Positions 7,672 through 16,519 of a stretch of 64,000 nt of DNA are shown piece after piece (position 1 is the stretch's first letter; every line of letters starts with the position of its first letter). This DNA is from Verrucomicrobiia bacterium (GTDB lineage Bacteria; Verrucomicrobiota; Verrucomicrobiia; Limisphaerales; JADLHS01). The stretch covers positions 473,360 to 537,359 of the forward strand of contig JAMLJH010000001.1 of NCBI GenBank assembly GCA_023953615.1, given 5' to 3'. The notes under the pieces are model-generated. The model was not told the DNA's origin and ran no database searches. It worked only from the letters and a program-made list of their open reading frames with translations. Made by a program: the position numbers and the translations under genes.

Positions 7672-10125
7672 TCACTCCACCAAGCGCGCGCGGTAAAATC
7701 GTTGCGTTGCCGTTTCCGCATCCTGGTACTCCACCACGCCATTACTGCCAATAAGCAGCGCCGGGCCGGTCCACTCGGAAAAGTCGCTGGTGTGTTCGAG
7801 ATAATATCCAACGCCCGGATCGCCGCGCAGCTCCAACCGAATTCCGGTTTCCGGAGTGTAATCAATTGGCCTGAGTTGCGCGTAGGCGGGTTTGGGGGCT
7901 GGGAGCCGCGCCAGTATTTCCGGCAAATCGTCCGCCTTTACCAACAACCAATCCACCTCCCACCAACCTTGGCCAGTCACCAGTCCCACCTGTCCGGTCG
8001 CTTCGGGATGGGCCGGAAAATAATCGTACCAGGTCCTCCATTGTTCCGGCTCCGACGTTTCCCCATTGGCTGGCCACAAGCGAGTCAATAAATCCGGATA
8101 GTTGGTAAGTGCGTTGGTCTGGTGTCGCACGCGCAACCAATACCAACGATTGGTGGTCCACGTCGCTGCCGCCAACGGTCCTGCCGTGGCGCCCGGACCG
8201 AATATTCCGATCTGGGTCACCCCTTGGTTCGCGCCCAATTGACTGGAATACTCGCCCGCCGCATTGGTGGCCGCGCCCACAGCCAGTCCGCCCAGCCAAC
8301 CTTCGCCCGGCGGCAGCGACATCGGTCGCACCCGGGCAAGCAACTCCACGGTGGATTGATTTCCAAGCGTGGTTGCGATCAGGACCGCGTTGTTGCCATT
8401 GGTTATCGGTTGCACCCGGAGGACGCCGCCTTGTTGCTGAAACGCCTGTGGATCACCGCGCACGACCCAATTGGTTTCCAACGGCACTCCAAAGTCCTGC
8501 TGCCAGCCGTGCAGATTCTGCCCCGATTCCACCGGCACGCCCAGCCGCATCACCCGCACCTCGCGCACATGCAAAGTCGTGGCACTCGGCGACAGTGCGA
8601 TCCGGAAATCCGCTCCGCCATTTTGCGAATTGAGAAAGCGGGCTTCGGACAGGCGGAACCGGGCGGTTTTCCACTGGCCGCTGCCCCCCAAAGTGATGCT
8701 GGTGCCGCTGGCCGTGTAGGCGCCGTTGAACGGCGCGTTGGTATCTGACCCGTCGTACTCGAGGTGAAAACTCCCGCTGCCGGTATCAAAGTAATCCACC
8801 TCCACGTCCACGAGCATGGTGTCCGCCCATTTGAACGAGTCATCCATCTTCAGGTAAATGTAGCGGCCGCCGTAAATGGTCGGCACCACCACCCGACACG
8901 GCTGCCCGCCGATCACCGTATTGGTGGTCACCCCGTCGGCGGACTCGAACTGGATCAATCCATGCGCGTCATTCGTTGCGGACAGCGTGGTGCGAATGGA
9001 TTTGAAATCCGAATAGTCGCCGCGCGGACGGGGCGGCACGACGCCCGCCTTGAACCAATCCACGTATTGCCGGTTCAGTTCAATGTACTGTCGGCCATAC
9101 TCCAACGACGCCGCGATGTCAGTGCCCTCGTGATATTCATTCCAAGTTTCAATGTGGACCAGCCGCGTGGGGGCGCGCAGCAGTCGGATCCAGTTGCGCT
9201 CAAAAAAAGCGCCCTCCTCGCGGGGCACAACGAGCGGAGTGCGACCGGGCACCGCGGAGTGATCGTAACCCGGCCCCAAAGCGGCCACGCCGGAATTACG
9301 CAACCCCAGCGCGCCACCCCAGGCGTAGGTGTTGTCTGCCGTAACATTCCAGGAAATTTCCCGAACGATGTACGGATCACAACCGCTGAAATCTTTGGCG
9401 AACTCCTGCCGCACATAATCAATACAGCCTTGATCATGCGCGGCGGCAAAACTGGCCGAATAAAGAAATATGATCGGACGACCTTCAATCGTGGCCCAAT
9501 GCCAGGCCGGCACGAGCGAAAAGAAATCCCGAATGCTCTCGTAAAACCAGCGTTGCCCGGCCTCCGTGGTCAGATCCACATGCTGACCTGCCGCATTATG
9601 TTGGAGCGTGGAAGTATCGTAGAACAGGCCGATGCCCGGTGGCTGCGCACCCTCCGCCACCAACGCGGCGCGCGCCGCCACCAACGGCGGCAATCCGGAA
9701 AAGCTCCAAGGTTGACTGCTGATGGGTTGCCCGGAAAGACGTTGCGAAGGTTCGCCCCAGTACACCGGCAGCAGCACGTCTATCCCGGCGGCGATCATAT
9801 CCTCCAGTTGCTCGCGATGCCACGACTCCAGCTTATACGAAAATCCGGTCAAGGTCGGCGGATGGTCGGTCAAAGCATCCGAGCCGTCGTGATTCGTGAG
9901 GTGCGCGCCCGACAGAACGTCGTACCAATAAAAATAGGTGGTCAGCACCACGGGCGACTGACTGGTAAAGTTCTTCGCTAAAGCCAGATCCTCGGCGCGC
10001 GGATGCAAGTACGGCCCGAGCGGCGGATTGATGGACTGCGCCCCACCGCCGACATTCCATAGTACAAAAGCAATTGTGAGCAGGTGGCTCACACTGAAAC
10101 CGAGCGCACGGATGCAGGTTGTCAT
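7672..10125 (-). CDS. Secreted GH99-like/DUF5010-like glycoside hydrolase with C-terminal lectin/CBM-like domains and an 'FYRL' tail module
   Basis: 817-aa ORF with a signal-like N-terminus. The N-domain pattern 'TTYFYWYDV..DHPP..GFSY..WHREQLEDMIAAGIDVLLPVYWG' and 'ETWNEYHEGTDI' resembles GH99/DUF5010 TIM barrels. Ends '..QRFYRARLVE'. Confidence 0.5.
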   Translation of the reverse strand: MTTCIRALGFSVSHLLTIAFVLWNVGGGAQSINPPLGPYLHPRAEDLALAKNFTSQSPVVLTTYFYWYDVLSGAHLTNHDGSDALTDHPPTLTGFSYKLESWHREQLEDMIAAGIDVLLPVYWGEPSQRLSGQPISSQPWSFSGLPPLVAARAALVAEGAQPPGIGLFYDTSTLQHNAAGQHVDLTTEAGQRWFYESIRDFFSLVPAWHWATIEGRPIIFLYSASFAAAHDQGCIDYVRQEFAKDFSGCDPYIVREISWNVTADNTYAWGGALGLRNSGVAALGPGYDHSAVPGRTPLVVPREEGAFFERNWIRLLRAPTRLVHIETWNEYHEGTDIAASLEYGRQYIELNRQYVDWFKAGVVPPRPRGDYSDFKSIRTTLSATNDAHGLIQFESADGVTTNTVIGGQPCRVVVPTIYGGRYIYLKMDDSFKWADTMLVDVEVDYFDTGSGSFHLEYDGSDTNAPFNGAYTASGTSITLGGSGQWKTARFRLSEARFLNSQNGGADFRIALSPSATTLHVREVRVMRLGVPVESGQNLHGWQQDFGVPLETNWVVRGDPQAFQQQGGVLRVQPITNGNNAVLIATTLGNQSTVELLARVRPMSLPPGEGWLGGLAVGAATNAAGEYSSQLGANQGVTQIGIFGPGATAGPLAAATWTTNRWYWLRVRHQTNALTNYPDLLTRLWPANGETSEPEQWRTWYDYFPAHPEATGQVGLVTGQGWWEVDWLLVKADDLPEILARLPAPKPAYAQLRPIDYTPETGIRLELRGDPGVGYYLEHTSDFSEWTGPALLIGSNGVVEYQDAETATQRFYRARLVE

Positions 10126-10376
10126 GACCTGAAATTATCACCGCAAAATTCGCTGTCGAGCCTTTCAGTCGAGTCTGAATCATCAAGTCAGAAAGAACGT
10201 GATGGCCGTTGCGTTGGAAAAACGCACCTTAAAAAAGAATTGCAAACACTTTGCGGAGATGAAAGAATGCGAGCGTTACCAACAGGTGAGACGTGCATTA
10301 CGGCAGAGAACAGGACATTCAGCCACGTACACCGGTGGGTATGGATATAGTAACCAAATTCAAACTAAGAGCCACC

Positions 10377-12446
10377 ATGAATATTAAAAGCAAAACCCTT
10401 CCTGGTTTAATCACTTCGTTGTTAGTGCTCGGAGCCGTCACGCTGACCCACGGACAGGACGGACCATTCGATCCCGAGGCCTGGCCCTCCACCATCAACC
10501 CGGACCTGCCCGTCCACTTCGTGGTGACGGATTACCTGCTCACTTCACCGGGGGGCGCATGGATTGAGGATGCGCTCATCATTCGCAACGACGGCGATCA
10601 AACGACGACCGACATCACCCTCGACGGGCACACTGGCAAAAAGACCACCGCCGGATATCTAAACGTCGCCGACCTCTACTTCACGGAATGGGCCAATTAC
10701 GAAACCATTGACATCCTTCTGCAGGTTTACGGCGATACGACACTGCTCAACAATCAAGGACAACCGCGTAATTTCAATTTTCTAACCGGCACCCTGCCTG
10801 AAATCCGTGATGTCAACGGCGGCCAACTTCCGGTGGAGGTGAACAACAAACGTTGGAACTGGGTACTGTTTCGGATCCCAAACGATATCCGACCTTCGGA
10901 TGGAGGTCGCTACATCGGCACCATCCCGGGTAACGCCCAAGGCGCCTACCAATATGGCGGGGTCAATGGCGGAACGATTCGCTTCCAATCCGTACCCGGA
11001 TTGACGGTGCGCGTCATTGCTTTTGGGCCGCAAGGAGTTTTTGGCGAACCGGAACAAATCAATCAATTTTTGCCTCCAGAAACCTGCGACCCCGAGCCGG
11101 ACACCAATCTTGCCAGCTTGGACATTGCCCATAACACAGCCGATCACATGGAAGTAATTGACCAAGGCGATCAGGTGGTTGAATACCAGGACAACGTGGG
11201 TCCGGAAGGCGACAAACGCCGCGCGATCCGTCCGGTATGGAACTACCTGAACTTCGGCATCACGGATAACTATCTCGGCCAACCGTGCAATGATCCGCAC
11301 ACCATCAAGGTCTGCGTGGAATTTTATGATGATCCCAATTTTGCGGGTTACGACGTGCGCTTCGGGCCGGAAGCTTTTGCCACCGACGCCTCGGGAGGCG
11401 TGGCGTTTGTGCCGGAAAACCAACGTCACACCCTGGAAGGCACGGGCGAATGGATCCGGCGTTCCTGGGCCATTCCCAACGTAAATTTATACGGCGTGAA
11501 TGTCGCCCCGACGCACACGGCTGGCCCCCGATTCATCTCCGAAAATGCGCAGGTCTTTGTTTCCTCGATTCAACTGGCCGTACTGCGCACGGGCGACCAC
11601 CCCTTGGCCGGACAGGACCCGCTGGCGGATTGTTATGAAGACCCCAACATCTGCACCGAGCGATATGGCAATTATGCCGAACTAGATTTGGCTCAGGGAA
11701 TCCACGACGGCTTGGAATTAGGCACCAGCAGTGGCGATCAGGAAATGATCGAGGAAGAAGCCGGGCCAGCCGGTGACCGACGCATGGCGGTCCATCCGGC
11801 ACGAGACGACGGCACGCCAGGCGCCAAGCACGAGTTCCTTAACTTTCAGATTGTCGGAGAAGCCCTCGGGCCAACCACCCAACCCAACGCGCATTTGGCC
11901 ATCTGCGTCACCTACTATGATGATCCCGCTCTGGCCGGCACGCGCTTCCGTCCCGAGGTGTATCGCACCATGAAAAATGGAATCCTGTCCTTTGCCTACA
12001 CTCCGGATAGCTATTACGTAACGCTCGAAGGCAGCGACACCTGGAAACAAGGCTACTGGGAAATCGAAGACATGAACTTTACCGGCGTCAACCAAGGCCC
12101 CCAGGCGGCGGCCCGGTTCATTGTGCAGGATGCGAACGGCGTACCGGCGAAAATTGCAGTGACGCAAGTCCGCTACGGCGTCATCCGGCCGTGCGGCCCA
12201 CTGGCCGGAGTGAATCCCCTCGAGGACTGCAAACCCGTGGAAGTCACCCTGAACATCAGCCTGGAAGGAAACGAAATCGTTCTCAGTTGGCCGGCAACCG
12301 CCACCGGTTTCGTGGTCCAGAGCGCCGAGAACCTGAATGACCCGCAATGGGGCGGTATCAACGTAACGATTGAAGTGATTGGCGATCAGCAAGTGGCGCG
12401 TCTGCCCACCAGCAACAGCACCCAGTTCTTCCGATTAGTTCGATAG
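10377..12446 (+). CDS. Secreted protein of unknown function with internally duplicated ~150-aa domains and a C-terminal 'FYRL' module
   Basis: ATG at 10377 gives the signal peptide 'MNIKSKTLPGLITSLLVLGAVTLTHG'. Two clearly related segments lie at nt 11199-11633 and 11763-12230. Ends '..STQFFRLVR'. Confidence 0.6.
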   Translation: MNIKSKTLPGLITSLLVLGAVTLTHGQDGPFDPEAWPSTINPDLPVHFVVTDYLLTSPGGAWIEDALIIRNDGDQTTTDITLDGHTGKKTTAGYLNVADLYFTEWANYETIDILLQVYGDTTLLNNQGQPRNFNFLTGTLPEIRDVNGGQLPVEVNNKRWNWVLFRIPNDIRPSDGGRYIGTIPGNAQGAYQYGGVNGGTIRFQSVPGLTVRVIAFGPQGVFGEPEQINQFLPPETCDPEPDTNLASLDIAHNTADHMEVIDQGDQVVEYQDNVGPEGDKRRAIRPVWNYLNFGITDNYLGQPCNDPHTIKVCVEFYDDPNFAGYDVRFGPEAFATDASGGVAFVPENQRHTLEGTGEWIRRSWAIPNVNLYGVNVAPTHTAGPRFISENAQVFVSSIQLAVLRTGDHPLAGQDPLADCYEDPNICTERYGNYAELDLAQGIHDGLELGTSSGDQEMIEEEAGPAGDRRMAVHPARDDGTPGAKHEFLNFQIVGEALGPTTQPNAHLAICVTYYDDPALAGTRFRPEVYRTMKNGILSFAYTPDSYYVTLEGSDTWKQGYWEIEDMNFTGVNQGPQAAARFIVQDANGVPAKIAVTQVRYGVIRPCGPLAGVNPLEDCKPVEVTLNISLEGNEIVLSWPATATGFVVQSAENLNDPQWGGINVTIEVIGDQQVARLPTSNSTQFFRLVR

Positions 12447-12488
12447 TTACGAAGCCAGACCACAATCATCTGAGATCAGCGTGGTGAA

Positions 12489-12523
12489 ACCGGTCGGCAC
12501 TGGTCGGCACATTGCCGACCGGT
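12489..12523. repeat. Two tandem copies of GGTCGGCAC followed by an inverted copy; perfect 11-bp stem possible
   Basis: 'accggtcggca' (12489-12499) pairs with 'tgccgaccggt' (12513-12523). The second direct copy (12502-12509) can instead pair with 12513-12520 across a 3-nt loop. Confidence 0.8.
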
Positions 12524-12773
12524 GCGGCCAAGTTGGCTGTTCCAGCCAGACCCAAGGTGATACCGCCGTCCTCGGCGGTGGTCGTTCGCATCCTCGCGTA
12601 CGATATCCAGTTCTGATACTTCAGTTGACTTACTTCCGACTTTACTCCCGCCGGGGAAAAGCGGAGCATCAATATCGGTTTGCGAGGCCAGATGCGGCCC
12701 GACAAGCCAAGCGCAATTGATACTACCCGACATTTCGGTCGCAACCACTTTCCGGAATTAACGAAAAATCATT

Positions 12774-13427
12774 ATGAAAATCATGACTCTGAAACCGTTC
12801 CTGCAAAATGTTCTCGCCGTGTGGCTGGTGGCAGCGCTCGCGGGATGTGCCACGGATAATTACAAAAAGGGCGACCGCACCGCTTCGGACCTGATGGATG
12901 CAGCCAACAGTATCGCCACCGGACAAACCAAGATTGACACGGTGCTCAGCAGCCTGAGTGAGCTGGTCAACAATCCCCAGGGCGATCTCAGTGGAGATTT
13001 CAAGAAGTTCACGGCAGCGGTCAAGAGCCTGGAATCCACCGCGGCCGACGTGCGCAAGCAGGTGGAGGGAATGCGCAAGGACGGGAATACATACTTCCAG
13101 CGCTGGGATCAACAACTCGCCGCCATTCAAAACGAGGACATTAAGAATCGCAGCGCCGCGCGCCGCGCCGAAATGCAGCAAAAATTTATCGAGGTCAAGA
13201 GCGGTTACACCGAAGCGAAACAGGCGTTTGATCCGTTCATGCAGGATTTAAAGGACATCCAAATAGCGCTGAGCACGGATCTGACGGCGGGCGGTCTGGC
13301 CGCCATCAAAGACGTGACCGACAAAACCACCCGCGACGGTCACACGCTGCAAGATTCCGCGCAGAAATTAGTCAACCACTTTCGGAATCTGGGCGTGGAG
13401 TTGTCCGCCACCGCCCCAGCCCCATAA
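12774..13427 (+). CDS. Coiled-coil lipoprotein of unknown function (possibly DUF2959-like)
   Basis: Lipobox 'LVAALAGC' after the signal sequence. The rest is helical and rich in K, Q and E. The family assignment is from memory only. Confidence 0.5.
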   Translation: MKIMTLKPFLQNVLAVWLVAALAGCATDNYKKGDRTASDLMDAANSIATGQTKIDTVLSSLSELVNNPQGDLSGDFKKFTAAVKSLESTAADVRKQVEGMRKDGNTYFQRWDQQLAAIQNEDIKNRSAARRAEMQQKFIEVKSGYTEAKQAFDPFMQDLKDIQIALSTDLTAGGLAAIKDVTDKTTRDGHTLQDSAQKLVNHFRNLGVELSATAPAP

Positions 13428-13453
13428 TTGTTAATTGTTCAGCGCTCACCAAG

Positions 13454-13489
13454 CTGGCCGGTCGGAAGTTTCCGCGCCCGGCCAGTTTG
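13454..13489 (+). terminator. Candidate intrinsic terminator after the lipoprotein gene
   Basis: 8-bp stem CTGGCCGG (13454-13461) / CCGGCCAG (13478-13485) followed by TTTG. The loop is long (16 nt). Confidence 0.45.
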
Positions 13490-13548
13490 ATCCAGCGAGT
13501 GAATCGGGATATCCGTGACGTCGTAATGGTTTTCTGCCAACCTGACGC

Positions 13549-13872
13549 ATGGCTCAAACTCAATTCCGACTCGTCCTCGTCACGGCGCCCAATCTGAAAA
13601 CCGCCCGTCACCTGGCCAAACTGGCGTTGTCAAAACGGCTCATCGCGTGCGCCAATTTGCTGCCGCAAATTGAGTCCCATTACCTCTGGCAAGGGCGCTT
13701 GGAACGCAGCTTTGAGGTTTTACTCCTGCTCAAAACGGTCCGCTCCCGTGTTCCCGCTTTACAGCGACTCATTCTTGAAGCGCACCCCTACGACACACCG
13801 GAATTTGTGGTGCTGAACATTACCGCCGGCGCAAAGCGTTATCTGGATTGGGTGCGGGGAAGTTGCGCGTAA
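13549..13872 (+). CDS. cutA: Divalent-cation tolerance protein CutA
   Basis: 107 aa. 'LVLVTAP..A..LA..L...RLIACANLLPQIESHYLWQGRLE...E.LLLLKT' and 'HPYDTPEFVVL' match the CutA1 pattern. Confidence 0.85.
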   Translation: MAQTQFRLVLVTAPNLKTARHLAKLALSKRLIACANLLPQIESHYLWQGRLERSFEVLLLLKTVRSRVPALQRLILEAHPYDTPEFVVLNITAGAKRYLDWVRGSCA

Positions 13873-13920
13873 GCCATTGCCTCACGATCAGTTTTGCGTT
13901 TCAGTCCGAACGCCCGAGCC

Positions 13921-15099
13921 TCAGGGATTGGCGGCGGGGCTGGCGAAGCGCGCGCGAATCAAATGCGACAGCGCTTTCATCGCCAATTCGATGGGCAGGA
14001 TCGGCTTGATGATCCAATCACCATCCGTGGTGCCGGCGGCCTTGGCGCGGTGTTCAAAATCCACGTAGGACGTGATATAGACCACCGGCAAGTTCGCGTG
14101 CCCCGGCAATTCCCGCAGTTTGCGGGTCAACTCAAACCCATTCAGTTGCGGCAACTCGACGTCCAGCAGAGCGAGATCAAATTGTTCCTGTGTTGCCAGG
14201 TGCAAGGCCGCGTTGGGATGGGTGACGGCTTCAGCGGTTATTCCCACACGGCGCAGCGCGGAGAGCACCACTTCGTTCGACGTCGGATCGTCGTCAACCG
14301 TCAGCACCGTGCCCAGTTTGGGGTCGGAGTAACGCTCCGTCGGAGCGCGTTGAATCAAGTCGCCCAACAGAGTCACCGCGTTGGTCACCGTGCGAGTGGT
14401 GGACGCATTGATGAGTTGTGGTTTGTCGGTTAATTCCACCAACAAGGCCTCCAGCGCATTGCTTAATCGCGCCAGGTACGGCAGCCCCGCCAAACCCGCC
14501 GAGCCGCTCAGGCGATGCACGCGCTGACCAAGGTCACTTAAGCTGCCGGTGCGACTGGCCAACGCCGAGTCGCGACCAAATTCCTCCGTCAGCGTGCGCA
14601 GCGTTTCATATTCTGCCGCGACTTTTTTGAGAAATCCAACCCGGAAGGCTTCCACCTCCGGACTGCGTGGGGCCGGAAGAGCTGCGTCCGGGGATTGCGC
14701 GTCAGCCGTCGGGGCGGAATCCGGTTTATCGCTGGTCATTTCGTTCGCCAGCTCCAATAGCTTCGCGGGCGTATAGTCGCCTTTGACGATGGCGCGACTG
14801 ATCCCCAGCGCATTGACCTGACGCGCTTGCTCGCTCATGAAGGCATTTGTCCAAACGGCGACCGGAACGCGGGCCAATGATGGCTTGCTCCGAATGAATT
14901 TCATGACATCCGCGCCTGAGAGCCGGGGCATCATCAAATCCAGCACGATGAAATCAGGCACCATTTCGCCGAGCAGCTTGATGGCGGCCAATCCGTCAGT
15001 GGCGGTGTGAACTTCATACCCACCGGCCACGAGCTTTTTTCGATACAATTCCAGCACCAACGAATCGTCGTCCACTAACAAGATTGTTTTTGTCATCAT
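13921..15099 (-). CDS. REC-Hpt-REC phosphorelay protein
   Basis: N-terminal receiver ('ILLVDDDS..FIVLDLMMPRLSG'). Central Hpt-like helix with His ('VHRLSGSAGLAGL'). C-terminal receiver ('VLTVDDDP..LALLDVELPQLNG'). Confidence 0.8.
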   Translation of the reverse strand: MMTKTILLVDDDSLVLELYRKKLVAGGYEVHTATDGLAAIKLLGEMVPDFIVLDLMMPRLSGADVMKFIRSKPSLARVPVAVWTNAFMSEQARQVNALGISRAIVKGDYTPAKLLELANEMTSDKPDSAPTADAQSPDAALPAPRSPEVEAFRVGFLKKVAAEYETLRTLTEEFGRDSALASRTGSLSDLGQRVHRLSGSAGLAGLPYLARLSNALEALLVELTDKPQLINASTTRTVTNAVTLLGDLIQRAPTERYSDPKLGTVLTVDDDPTSNEVVLSALRRVGITAEAVTHPNAALHLATQEQFDLALLDVELPQLNGFELTRKLRELPGHANLPVVYITSYVDFEHRAKAAGTTDGDWIIKPILPIELAMKALSHLIRARFASPAANP

Positions 15100-15102
15100 G
15101 GA

Positions 15103-16356
15103 TTAAGCGAGTACCGGCGCGGCCGGCAGATAAATGATAAAAGTCGTTCCCTCTCCCGGCACGGTTTTCACCTGGAGCACGCCGTTCCCTTCCTTGACCA
15201 GGCGCGATACGATGTTCAAGCCCAGACCGGTGCCATGACGCGCGTCCTTGGTACTAAAGCGCGGCTCAAAAATCCGAGGTAAAATCTCGAACGGAATTCC
15301 GGGGCCGTTATCGCTGACCGTCAATTTCACCAGTGGCGGGACATTGCGAAAATTCTCCACATTGAGACAACGCTCGCCCGGACCATCCTTGAATTGTTCC
15401 AACGCCAGCGGTTCGGACAAGGCGCTGCCCGCAAGGCGAACCCGGTGCGCGTGGGACGACGCTTGCAGCGCATTCACGGTCAGGTTCTGCAACAACTGGA
15501 TCAAATCCGTGCCGTTCATTTTCACGGCCAGATTCTGCGCGAGCGGCTGCACTTCCAGTTCATTGCCGGTCATACTGGAATGTAGCTTCAGCAGCGACTC
15601 GAGATCCGCCAACAGTTGATTGACGCTAATGTGCGTGAACTCGTCCGGACGGCGCCGCAAAAAGCTGAGGTAGCGACGCGCAATTTCGACGCAATTCGTC
15701 ACCTGCCGGGTCACAATCCGCAACCGATCTTTGACAAACGTCAGCGTCTCGGCATCCACGGAATCTCCCGATCCGAGCCGTTGGTGGATGAGTTGGAGCG
15801 AACCGGAAATCACCGTCAACGGATTGTTGATGTCATGGATGACGCTGGCGTAAATGTCATTTCGGCCCTGGGCGATCTGGCCCTCCACCTTCTCCCGCTG
15901 CAATTCTTCGTATAGTTTTTGCAGCTTCTCGTTGTTGTTAAGGATGACGGTGTCCAAGGTCCGACGTTGCATGGCGTTCGCCACGGCGGCGCGCATGTCG
16001 GCCAGATCGTAGGGCTTGTTCAGATAATCACAGGCGCGCAGTTTCAGCGCCCGGCGGATGGTGTCCGTGGTTTCAAACGCCGTGATCATGACCGCCTCGA
16101 TGGTGGGATCAATGAACTTGATTCGTTCGAGCACGTCCACTCCCGACATGCCTTCCATCCGAATATCCAGAATGGCGACTTCAATCCGCTCTTTTTGAAC
16201 GATCTCAATCGCCGCCGGCCCGTCAGCGGCCAGATGAATCGTGTAATCACCCTGGAACGCTACGCGCAGGGATTCACGCACGCCGACTTCATCATCTACG
16301 ATGAGCAGCGTTCCCCGCTTGCGCGGCTTTATCGTTTCATCTGTGGAATCAGCCAT
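15103..16356 (-). CDS. Hybrid histidine kinase with N-terminal receiver (REC-HisKA-HATPase)
   Basis: Receiver 'LLIVDDEVGV..VAILDIRMEGMSG'. H-box 'SVIHDINNPLTVISG'. G-boxes 'DNGPGIP' and 'GTGLGLNIV'. The stop lies 3 nt before the start of the REC-Hpt-REC gene. Confidence 0.85.
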   Translation of the reverse strand: MADSTDETIKPRKRGTLLIVDDEVGVRESLRVAFQGDYTIHLAADGPAAIEIVQKERIEVAILDIRMEGMSGVDVLERIKFIDPTIEAVMITAFETTDTIRRALKLRACDYLNKPYDLADMRAAVANAMQRRTLDTVILNNNEKLQKLYEELQREKVEGQIAQGRNDIYASVIHDINNPLTVISGSLQLIHQRLGSGDSVDAETLTFVKDRLRIVTRQVTNCVEIARRYLSFLRRRPDEFTHISVNQLLADLESLLKLHSSMTGNELEVQPLAQNLAVKMNGTDLIQLLQNLTVNALQASSHAHRVRLAGSALSEPLALEQFKDGPGERCLNVENFRNVPPLVKLTVSDNGPGIPFEILPRIFEPRFSTKDARHGTGLGLNIVSRLVKEGNGVLQVKTVPGEGTTFIIYLPAAPVLA

Positions 16357-16519
16357 GACTTGTTCTACTTTGACTCTTCACGCTGCGGCCCCGCTTCAGT
16401 CGTCGTAATCCGACGACAACCGACACGTCATCGTAATCACGCAGGGTTCGGGAACAAGCCGGAAAGCCGCCCGCCCCATCAATTCCGCTTCTCGGACAAC
16501 AGGCCCGTCGCCACGTACT

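Noticed and set aside
8764-9981. 405-aa plus-strand ORF inside the GH99-like gene.
   Set aside because: Same reasoning: it is antisense to a well-supported 817-aa gene, its composition is R/H/G-rich, and it has no motifs.
12447-12773. tmRNA, RNase P RNA or SRP RNA in the structured spacer.
   Set aside because: There is no GGUUCGA-type T-loop or CCA-proximal acceptor and no tag-ORF ending in ..AA-stop. 'GUAAAGUCGGAAG' does not match the RNase P GAGGAAAGUCCGGGC core, and there is no SRP GGAA tetraloop context.
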